A DNA stretch of 43,850 nt from Octopus sinensis. Lineage: Eukaryota. How positions within the stretch are numbered: the stretch's first letter is position 1; each line of letters opens with the position of its first letter. The position numbers and the translations under genes were made by a program. Shown here piece after piece: positions 33,700-43,850 of this stretch. The DNA lies in assembly GCF_006345805.1 (NCBI RefSeq), contig NW_021834963.1, positions 1-43,850 of the forward strand, written 5' to 3'. The notes under the pieces are model-generated. The model was not told where the DNA came from, did no database searches, and was given only the letters and a program-made list of their open reading frames with translations.

Positions 33700-34025
33700 A
33701 GAACCCCTGGTCTGGTGGTACGTAAAAAGCACTATCCGACTCGTGGCCGATGCCAGCGCCGCCTCGACTGGCTTCCGTGCCGGTGGCACGTAAAATGCAC
33801 CAATCCGACCGTGGCCGTTGCCAGCCTCGCCTGGCACCTGTGCCGGTGGCACGTAAAAAGCACCCCTACACTCTCGGAGTGGTTGGCGTTAGGAAGGGCA
33901 TCCAGCTGTAGAAACATTGCCAGATAAGACTGGAGCCTGGTGCAGCCTTCTGGCTTCCCAGATCCCGGTCGAACCGTCCAACCCATGCTAGCAAGGAGAA
34001 TGGACATTAAACAATGATGATGATT
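33700..34025 (+). mobile_element. RTE LINE 3' end in opposite orientation
   Basis: Reverse complement of the 3' end at 32871-33100 and 40074-40260; ends aaacaatgatgatg. Confidence 0.82.
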
Positions 34026-34315
34026 TTATTTTTATTTTATCTAGTTTCATCTCACGAGCTGTGACCATGCTGGGGCACCACCATTCTGCTGGGGCACCGC
34101 CATTATATATAGATAGATAGATAGATAGATTTATCTCTCTGTCTAAATGGAATAAGTATAAAAATGAATATTGTCAATTTAATTAAAAAGTCCATATGTG
34201 GCTGAAGAGTGCTTTACATTTTAAATCTGATGTAATACTTACATTGTTTAATTAAATGAAGTAGCATGAAACGATTGTACTACACTACCTTTGGATATCC
34301 TTGTTGCTTGTATTG

Positions 34316-34370
<55 letters not shown>

Positions 34371-34739
34371 TGGCGACTCCGGCACTCGGGCCATTCGAGC
34401 TTAGCCCGAATATAAATTTAATAAGGTGGACGTGTATTTATAAGCTGATTTCTGCCAACACTGACTTCAAGTATGTAATTGCAGCCAATAACTTGGGCTC
34501 CTTTTATTGAGCCTGGTCGCTGTTGGTTTATTTTCGTTCACCGTCTGTGTCAGAAAATATCATTCGTAGTAGACGTTCTCTCGACATCGTTCACACGCGC
34601 CTGACTCGGGCTCAGAAGTTACAGCCCGAGTTGTTATCAATAATCGTAAAAATTAAAATTAATTCAAATACAATATTTTCTTGAAACTATAAATTTTTCG
34701 AGAGATTAATATTTAAATTCAAATCCATGAAAAGTTTCC

Positions 34740-35150
34740 GTTCTGTAATATTCTTAAAGGAACGTTATATGAAATTGTCACCCATAGTTATGACCCTAGT
34801 ATCGATCTATTGCATTTCAATCTGTTTTAGGGTTAGTTAGGGTTAGGGTTAGGGGTGGGGGGAAGGGTATCTTTTTTTCTTCAGAAATGTAAATAAACCC
34901 AATCTTAAACGAGGGACATATTCATACGGCACAGAATGTTTTTTTTTTACCTCAATAGACGTCATTGATTGGTTGAAATTGCAGAAATTGTAGAAAGAAA
35001 CAACAAATATCTTACATACTATAGAATTTTCTCAATAAAGCCAAGAGAAAAAGATGTTTTATAAACACATTCTACCAGTATACGAAGTTTAAAAAGTTTT
35101 AGTTACGTGGAAATCATTTTAAAAACTGCCGTTCAAACAGAAAAGATCCG
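34740..35150. mobile_element. Unclassified non-autonomous element with interstitial TTAGGG-like repeats
   Basis: ttagggttagttagggttagggttagggg at 34827-34855. The end aaaaactgccgttcaaacagaaaagatccg resembles a TIR of an octopus repeat (recalled, not verifiable here). Confidence 0.45.
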
Positions 35151-35519
35151 AAACGAAATTTATCCAGCAACTCGGGCTAATAGGAACGAGCCTGGTAGGT
35201 GTAAAAGACAAACTGGCATCTCTTGTCAAGATTACAAGCGACAGTCAGATCGCTGATGTTTGCTGTGCACTCCCCTGTCGTAATTTCATTGCTCTTATTC
35301 TGTGCATCTGTGCGCAAAGATCAGTTGTGTTTTGCAGGGTTGCTTTATTTTAATCTTTAACTTAGAAACGGAGAAAGACATCGTGTTAGATGTAAAAAAA
35401 TAAGCCATTTGGGGCTAGAAATAAAGCGCGAAAACGTGAAATTCTTCGAGTAAAAATGTGTCTTATACGAAGACTTTGATGAACCCGTGTGACGCTGATG
35501 ACCTGGAATCGCCCCTGAG

Positions 35520-35529
35520 ATATATATAC

Positions 35530-35567
<38 letters not shown>

Positions 35568-35585
35568 ATTCATGAACGTTTGCGC

Positions 35586-35661
<76 letters not shown>

Positions 35662-35682
35662 ATATTCATGACCGTATGCGCG

Positions 35683-35715
<33 letters not shown>

Positions 35716-35782
35716 ATTCATGAACGTATGCGCGTATATATATATGTGTGTGTGTGTGTGTGTATTCATGAACGTATGCGCG

Positions 35783-35817
<35 letters not shown>

Positions 35818-35846
35818 ATGTGTGTGTGTGTGTATTCATGAACGTA

Positions 35847-35885
<39 letters not shown>

Positions 35886-35942
35886 ATTCATGAACGTATG
35901 CGCGTGTATATATATATATATATATGGTGTGTGTGTGTGTGT
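35520..35942. repeat. Minisatellite: 22-bp core tattcatgaacgtatgcgcgta x6 separated by variable (TA)n(TG)n
   Basis: Cores start at 35567, 35663, 35715, 35763, 35833 and 35885. Confidence 0.93.
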
Positions 35943-36639
35943 GGGTCCATAAAGACACACCCGATGGTTTTGATGTCACGATGGGAAGATCTGCTTCAGC
36001 ACAAGTAGCTGATTTGGTCTGAATATATATACTTTCGGAAATGGCAGATCAGTTCCCAAAAACCACAATAGAGGTCGATATCTTGATGATTGTTTACTTT
36101 AGCTCCAAAATGTTTCTGACCAAAAAGTACAAAAGGTTAAGAATAGTTTAGTTAAGTTGTTTTTTTTTTTGCGTAGAATGGGCTTAGGCATTGTCTTTAG
36201 GATGATGTAACGAAAGCCATCTTTAAATGAAAAACAGTGGAAAAAACGATGACTTTTTCGGTTGTTTTAAATCTTCAGTTTCTGGAAGAAATCTCTTTGA
36301 AAGTTATTTTGGACTCGAAGGTAAGTGAATTAATTTTTGATTTTTTCGTATGACTAGTGATTTTTCGATATATATCATGAACAGTTAGTTCATATGTACG
36401 TAGCAGTCAGGTCCCTTTCGAGTGCTATTGGTAACATGTAACCCAATACAAGCTTGCTTGGTGAGGAGGGTGTTTATTGGACACCCTGCGGGATGAAAAA
36501 CAAAACCCGTCAAAGGGCGGAGGACCTCTTGAGAGTCAACGGCCATCCAATAAATGTTAGCACGGGTACGCAGAAATTCCGGGATGGTGTCCGGCGTGCT
36601 GAAAGACCACTGGGAATGAGGGCCCCTCACCTTTTGGTA

Positions 36640-37145
36640 AAGCAAGTCTCTTTACCGCCAGTTGACAACCAGTGTTGGTGTGTTTACATTCCCCATAACT
36701 TTGAGGTTTGTGCAAAGGAGACCAATAGAATAAGTACCAGACCTTAAAAACAATTGTTCGACTAAAACCCTTCTTATCTCTCTCTTTCATATTCCATATC
36801 CCAGCATAGCTACAGTCAAATGACTAAAGTAAAATAAAAAGGTATATATAGGAATTGAAACCCATTTCTGGTGCAGTTTTGCCTTCAGGCAATGGCGACC
36901 CACGGTGGAATTTGAACACAGAACGTAGCGGCAGATGAAATACCGCTAAGCATTTCGCCCGACGTGCTAACGTTTCTGCCAGCACGCCACCTTCTTTCAG
37001 TTTCTGCCTACCAAATCCACTCCCAAGGCTGTGCTTGGTCTGGGGATGTAGTAGAAGACACTTGCCCAAGGTGCCACACAGTGGGACTGAACCCAGGATC
37101 ATATGAGTGGGAAGCCAACTTCCCAACCACAAAACCACACCTGCA
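36640..37145. mobile_element. Cluster of SINE halves (3' half +, two 5' halves -)
   Basis: 36640-36830 matches the tail of the 15655 family. 36895-36990 matches the head of the 31141 family (-). 36992-37145 matches the head of the 15655 family (-). Confidence 0.75.
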
Positions 37146-38639
37146 CTCATGGCTTCTAATAATTAATTAGCATTAAGAGATGCAAATTAATAAACTTTGG
37201 CCCAAACCATGACTAAAAGTTAACAAATTCATTCAGTCTCCTTTCATCGCATCAACCATCGAATGAGAAACCATTTCGAAAGAAAGAAGAAAGTTTTCAA
37301 CTTTATTGTTCTTTACTGTTTTTTTTTTATTTGTTGTCTTTTTAATGAACTTATCTTTTGGTATCTGAGGGGTTTTGGTCAAACTTCCGCCACTGCCATC
37401 ACCAACACCACCAGTGAAAAGTACAGAAGTACAAGTCTGAATAAGATCAAATAAAACTCTGAAATCAGTGCTCCAGTGTGGCCACAGTCTGATTGGAACC
37501 AGTTAAAAAATAAAAGGATATGTCAGAAGTGAGTGATGTAGTCTTGACATGATCAGGTTCGGTGTGAGCATTCCGTTGTTAGAACCATGACTAATTAATT
37601 CAGGGTTTTGTATTAGTTTAGATAAGTCCATGGTGTTGAAGGTGACGTGACGGAGGAGGACGTGTTTCTGAGCTCTGTTGAGTCATTGAGGGCTTTTATG
37701 GGTTACAAGCCAAGTGAGACCATAACCTCATGGCCTATGCCAGCGGTGTAACCAGCCTACTTATGCGTACCTTTCCTTCATTGGACACTAAACTCTGCTT
37801 GCAAAGACCTGTTGGGGCTCACTGTCCAGGCTTCGACCCCCCAATGAGCGCTATGGGGGCCAGGGCTCGGCTCGGCTCGGCTATATACAAATATAGGTGT
37901 GTGTGTATGTGTATATATATATATGTATATACAAATATTGTGTATATGTGTATGTTTATACGGTTTGGATTTCTATTAACAACGACCACTGCATGATTAG
38001 CAATAAAATAATTCGTTTTTTGGTGGCTGGGTGTCAGAAAATTTGAACTAGTCTGCTGGGTTAACTTTTAGATTAGTCATGCGTTGCTAAAGAGGAGGGT
38101 AATTTAGATAAATTATAAAGGCAGTACAGTAGGCATAGGGCCCACATGAATTTGTTTTCGAATGAAAAATACTTTAATTCTACTACACTTGCCTCTTATA
38201 TACATGGTTTAAAGAGTAATGAGAAAAGATATTCTTTGGAATGGTCTGTTATTTTGAGGGACCCTTACTTCAGAGTAAATATAAATAAGTAAAGTGTGTT
38301 AAGGAATCCCTTCCATCCTTAAGTTTTTGGGCCCAAAACTTTAAATTTGCTGAGGTGATCCCTTTCTGCAACCATAGGTTTTCATCTACTCTTTGAAAGG
38401 GTATAGAATAAAAATGGTTGTAATAAAATTGTATAGGCTTAAGGGAATTTGAAACCGGCCGTTTGAATTTCTATTAACAACAACCACTTGCATGTTTAAG
38501 TAATGAAATAATGTTGTTTTTCTTTTGTGGGTCTTAGAAAATTTGAATAGCATTGTCGATGCGAGTTGTGCATTGTTGTACTTTGATACAGTTATATATT
38601 TGAGATTTGTTAATTGTTGTTAATGTTGTTTCTTTTTCT

Positions 38640-39900
38640 TCCCCATTTTTGGGTGAAATAGAGGAACAACGAATAGGCAGTTACGCCACGGTGGCGGGCA
38701 AAAGCCTGCCAGCTGACATTCTGCGATTGAAAGAATTGGTATTGAAGCAGAAGGATTTCGGAAAGTACAAGGATTATTTAAAAAAGAGGGAGACTGCCTT
38801 AGGCTGATACCCCCGGGAGAAGCGATGGAAAGAGCAGAGAGGAAAATAATAATATACAGAATGCTGGATGTAGAAACAAAAAGAGTGGAAGTAGCAGATG
38901 AATGCCTGAGCGAAGTGAAGGGAGTAACGACGTTTTATACTCTCGGGAAGGAAGTACGGCACGGTGGAGGTTCACTTCGTGAACGAGGAGGAAACGAAAA
39001 AGTACTCCACGATGCTGTTGAGATCAGCCAGGTGGGCACTTTTGCCAACCTAATGTGGTAAAAGAGTGGCAAGAGTACAGATAGGGAGAGTGCCACCCAA
39101 AATAGAGGAGGAATGGCTGTTGGAAGCTATCCTGTACAACTGTGAGGAGGAGACCAAGATTATCAAGGTGGCAAAATTGGCTGAGATAAACTGATGGGGA
39201 TTTAGACTGGAAATCTTGGTCCATATAACCCTGCCTGACTTGCACAAGATAGCAGAGGAGTTGGTGCTCCCTGATGACACCCGGTTGAGAATTGTGGTGG
39301 AGGGGAAGCCTCCAATATGTTATAATTGCGGTACAAGAGGACACATGAAGGCAAGGTGTCCCCAGAGACGAGGAAAGAACGGAGAACTAAGCAGAGGTGG
39401 AGGAAGTAATAGTGGTGGAGGAAAAGGAGGAGGAAATAGGGGGCAGAAAAAGAAAAACAATGCGGAGTCACGCCCAAAACTGAAAAAGAAGAAAAAAGCG
39501 GTAAAAGTACAAGAGAAAAAATTAGTAGAGAAAAGAGACGAGTGAAAATCGAACCCCAGAGCCAACAACAAGAAGGAGAGAAGAAATAGACAAAGAGGAG
39601 AAATGATGGGAGTGGAAAGGGGAAGTAAGGAGGAGAATGGAATATGTGAGGCAAAGAAAGCAGCCGACTGAATGATGATAATTTGCGATAAGATTGTGTG
39701 AATTGAGGAAAAGATTGCAAAGGTGAAGAATTTAATAAGAGTAAGACTGGATGAAGAGGTGTTTGGTAGCGAGGAAAGAGCAGTACTGTTGGAGAGAGAG
39801 AGAGTCGAGAAATTGACAGAATTGTTTGGAACAAGAATAAGGAAAACTGGACTGTACATTTCAAAGAAAGCAACGAGAATGAAATTCTTTGAAAAACCAA
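38640..39900 (+). mobile_element. Decayed LINE ORF1/gag-like gene (RRM-like region plus CX2CX4HX4C zinc knuckle), no adjacent ORF2
   Basis: KYGTVEVHFVNEEE...RVARVQIGRVPPKIEEEWLLEAIL...RLRIVVEGKPPICYNCGTRGHMKARCP, with in-frame stops, followed by a K/E-rich tail. Confidence 0.75.
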
Positions 39901-40073
39901 AAAAAAAAAAACAAATAAGAAAGTTTTTTTCTAGAATATTGTTTACTTTAATATTTGTGTCTTTGTGAAATAGATGTTGGTTGGATTATGTTCTTCATTA
40001 TCTTTGTATTAATGGCGGTGGAGAAGGATGGCGTTCCAGTGTCTTTTGTTTATTTGAACTCATAAAATTCATA

Positions 40074-40590
40074 ATCATCATCATCGTTTAGCGTCCGCTT
40101 TCCATGCTGTCATGGGTTGGACGGTTCAACTGGGGTCTGGGAAGCCAGCAGGCCCAGTCTGATCTGGCAATGTTTCTACGGCTGGATGCCCTTCCTAACG
40201 CCAACCACTCCTTGAGTGTAGTGGGTGCTTTTTACGTGCCACCGGCACAAGTGCCAGACCCGTCTGGCAAACGGCCACGATTCGATGGTGCTTTTTACGT
40301 GCCACCGGCATGGGGGCCAGGCGAGTCTGGCAAATGGCCACGAACGGATGGTGCTTTTTATGTGCCACCGGCACGAGGCCAGTCGGGGCGGCGCTGGCAA
40401 CAACCACGTTCGGATGGTTCTCTTACGTGCCACCGGCACTAGTATTACGATTCTCACTTGCCTCAACAGGTCTTCACAAGTAGAGTTTTGTGTCCCAAGA
40501 AGGAGCGGTATGCATAAGTGGACTGGCTACATCCCGTGTAGAGGCCACGGGTTATGGTCTCACTTGTCCTGCCGGGTCTTGTGGAATTAA
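40074..40590 (-). mobile_element. RTE LINE 3' region with internal tandem sub-repeats
   Basis: (CAT)n plus the shared 3' end; ggtgctttttacgtgccaccggca is repeated about 4 times. Confidence 0.82.
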
Positions 40591-40715
40591 AATTACTTCA
40601 TCAGTAAATGAAGGATTTAAAAATATTCTTCCTTCCCCCCATCCCCATCCACTCTAATACTCCAATATAAATATCTTTTATAGGTAATTCCAGCCTGAAG
40701 AATTCAATATGTTAC

Positions 40716-40752
<37 letters not shown>

Positions 40753-41901
40753 TTTTAGTCAGTGTCTGTTTGCTCAACAATATCAAAAATATGTCTGGGA
40801 AATTATTGGCAGATACATTCGTTTGCTTCCTGAAAACTGAAAATTGAGAATAATTTTTTAGCCTGAAGAGAAGGTGTGGAAGGATGAGCGGGAGGAGAGG
40901 TGGTGGTCATGGGGAAGACTCTTGTAAAGGATTATTCCTATTGAAATTAAGTAATGAGATTATTAACTGAAAATATGTAAACTATTCTTGTTCAATTATC
41001 AATGTCCCTTAAGTGTTGCATTATCTACACAAGTGCAATCTCTGAAATAATTTGAAAACAGCTAAATTGAATTGAGAAGAAATAATTAAATTAAAAACAG
41101 AATACATTGATAATGCTTGTTCTTTTCTGAAGAATTATATTTGACAGAAGGAATTACACAAGTTGTTGTTATTAACAATGCTGTTCAAATATTTGCTTTT
41201 AAATTTCTCATTTTTATATTAAAAATATATACACACTGCTCCTAATGAAAACTGTTTTTCTTTTCTTTTTATCTTGCTTAAATTTTAAAATTAAAAATCA
41301 AACAAAATGTATTAAGAGGGTAAAACGTAGTGACTTCATGCAAAATTTTAATATGAAACAAATTCACAAACTGGAATAAAAACAAAAAAAAATTATCATA
41401 CTTCAAATAAACTTGCAGACATAAGTCCATTAAAGGCATCATTATGAAAACATATTCAAAATTTGGTTATTAATAACCAAATAGTAGAAACCGATTGACA
41501 AGATGAGACATTTCAAATAGATTTTTTATAATGAACTGCTGTCAAATGTAAATAAAGGAAATGTTAACACAGGAGATAATGACTGCGAACGATCTGCTAA
41601 TTAAAGTGCAATTAGCAACATGGGTGATGGTTTAATTAGCAACACTCACTGGTACAGAGAAACAGGGATTACCTCCCCTTGCCTTTCAACTCCATCCAAG
41701 CATGTTCCATGCATTAAATACCTGCCAGTTGTTACTTGGGGATTCGACAGGATTGTTATCGGATTGCTTAGAATGTATTGAAGTAGTCATTCTGGCATTC
41801 TGTGCCCTGAGTTCAAATCGCATCAACGTCAACTTTGCTTTTTCATTCTTTCAATACAACGTCAGGTCCTGAAAGGAATACATCATTATATTTTGCACTC
41901 T

Positions 41902-41949
<48 letters not shown>

Positions 41950-42549
41950 CTCTCTTTCTTTTTCTCTCTCTTTCTCTCTCTTTCCTTGAAAGATTTCCAC
42001 TGTGGTTTGACAGAGAGAGGGGTTAGCTACATCATGTTTAAAATACCCAAATATGAGTGTAAGGAAGGCGTCCTTATGATTCTGACAACATATGATGACT
42101 GAAGACAGGGAATGGATATGAATAGACCCCCTCATCAATAGATATACCCAATACTCAATCCTATTGAACAACCACAGTTATCTGTGGTAGTAGTAAGTAC
42201 ATCAGATAAAAATGCTATCTGATGCGTCTACTGAAAATCTAAGCAGGGTCCTGTCAAACTGTTCCTGTCTATTTATTTGCACAAGCTAATAATGAACCAA
42301 TGAGAGATCGTGTATGTGGTGGTTATGTCTGTTAGATGTAGCAGCCACATCTGCCTCGTATCTTAAAACAAGGACATGTGAACTCACATGGTTATATGGT
42401 CATTGCAAATAGGAAAAAGACAGGATGGTCACAGCTAGAATGCTTTTGATCTGAGGCCTGCGCAGTCAGGGTTGACCAAGGGCTAAACAGCACATTTTAT
42501 TATTAGTATTGTTGTTGTTATTGTTGTTAAGGTGATGGAAATGTGAGCA

Positions 42550-42967
42550 CATCAGGCAAAACGCTTAGTAGCATTTCTTCTGACTTTACATTCCAAATTC
42601 TGATTACCATGAAGCTGACTTTGCCTTTCATCCTGTTAGGGTCAGTAAAATAAGTACCAGTTGAATACTGGGGTTGATTAATGGACTCTATATTCCACTT
42701 TACCAAAATTGTTTTTATCTTCATCATCATCATCATCATCATTATCATTATGGCGGCAAGTTGGCAGAAACATTAGCACATTGGTCAAAATGCTTAGCAG
42801 CATTTTATTCACCTTTATGTTCTGAGTTCAAATTCCACAAAGGTAGACTTTGACTTTCATCCTTTCAGGGTCAATAAATTAACTATCAGTGAAACACTGG
42901 GGTCATTGTAATTGACTAATCATCCTTCCCCAAATTTCAGGCCTTCTGCCTTCAGTAGAAGTTATTA

Positions 42968-43012
<45 letters not shown>

Positions 43013-43130
43013 CATTATTATTATTATATATTATTATATTATTATTATTATTATTATTATCATCATTATTATTATTATTATATTATTATTATTATTATTA
43101 TTATATTATCATTATTATTATTATTATTCT
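42550..43130 (+). mobile_element. Two SINE copies (family of 31141) ending in (CAT)n and a long (ATT)n tail
   Basis: ggcggcaagttggcagaaacattagcac...gttctgagttcaaattcc head at about 42752; (ATT)n at 42960-43130. Confidence 0.78.
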
Positions 43131-43439
43131 ATGTTTGACTTTTGCTTTATATTTGTACAAGTTGGCTCCAAGTCTCACCCAGAGACCTCAAGAGACAACA
43201 GGGTTGGAAGTTCATGTTGTTGTTATGCCTAGTGTGCCATATATTTGTGGGGTGGGGATGTTGTACTAATGAATGTCTAAAAAAAAAAAAAAAGGTTTGT
43301 TTTTCTTTTTTTAAAACCGAAAATTATGTTGTTTTAAACCTTGAGATTAATAGAGAGTATTTTGCGTAGGATATGAGCAGTTCCCATGAGCACTATCTTT
43401 TGAATTCTGCCATTTTGTGGTTTCCTGGTATCTGAGTTA

Positions 43440-43850
43440 GGTAGCAGTCAGCCCCTTTCGCTATCATTCCAGGGCACCTATGACAACGGGTGTTTTAGTC
43501 TTCAGCTTCCACATTTTGCTGATTTCTATTTCAAGATCTTTATATTTGCTCAGTTTTTGGTAGGTCTTGACAGATACGTTTATATCGATTGGGACAGTCA
43601 TATCAATGAGGAGGCATGTTCTTTGTTTGAAGTCTTTCAATATGATGTCTGGCATATTGCATCTATCTTCCTGTCAGTTTGAATGGTGAAGTTCCAGAGG
43701 AGTGAGATGTGGTCATTTTCAAGCACTGGGGGTGGTTTTGGTTCCCACCAGTTTTTTTCATGGGGCAAATCCAGCTTTTTACAGATACCCAGTGAATATA
43801 TTGTGCAGCTCTATCGTGCCTGTTGAGATACTCTGTAGGTGCTAGAAGAC
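43440..43850 (-). mobile_element. R4/Dong-like non-LTR retrotransposon C-terminus (restriction-like endonuclease), running off the window edge
   Basis: VLENDHISLLWNFTIQTDRKIDANMPDIILKD...LLIDMTVPIDINVSVKTYQKLSKYKDLEIEISKMWKLKTKTPVVIGAL matches the ILWDF.IQTD...N.PDI..IDV..P..K..KY..L..EI..MW..PVVIGALG motif. Confidence 0.88.

Noticed and set aside
34827-34855. TTAGGG repeats as a chromosome end or fusion scar
   Set aside because: Only about four degenerate units, embedded mid-window in a repeat element.
35485-35515. CTGATGA at about 35486 as another hammerhead core
   Set aside because: No helix II closing onto GAAA and no helix I could be formed.
35567-35906. CRISPR-like array
   Set aside because: The context is a eukaryote, the spacers are pure (TA)n(TG)n, and there are no cas genes; it is a minisatellite.
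36385-36747. GC-richer block with 86-aa (-) and 97-aa (+) ORFs
   Set aside because: No recognisable motif. It abuts SINE pieces and has small hairpins, so it is probably the UTR of an unclassified repeat. No ribozyme core could be fitted.
41580-41775. Possible minus-strand terminal exon (QSDNNPVESPSNNWQVFNAWNMLGWS*) or TAATTA-rich enhancer
   Set aside because: The acceptor is weak, no partner exon was found, and no family was recognised. Cross-species conservation or RNA-seq would be needed.

Overview
This is AT-rich, repeat-dense animal DNA. The SINE, RTE and microsatellite repertoire suggests an octopod cephalopod (inference). One protein-coding gene is supported: the 3' six exons (+ strand, 11160-25102) of an ankyrin-RING(C3HC4)-death-domain gene related to Mind bomb ligases; its last exon has a frameshift. 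The rest is microsatellites, tRNA-derived SINEs and decayed elements: Tx1-like, RTE, RLE-type and R4/Dong-like LINEs, a full-length dead Tc1, and Helitron pieces. The main unexplained signal is a cluster of hammerhead ribozyme (HHR) motifs in five unrelated short non-coding elements between 10.3 and 29.4 kb, all at TA ends or in TA-rich microsatellites. They include a perfect 493-bp palindrome with a hammerhead on each strand, an older diverged foldback of the same design, and a ~584-bp circularly permuted retrozyme-like unit with a fully canonical type I HHR. All folds were read by eye and none was computed. Parts of the window show indel noise typical of imperfectly polished long reads.
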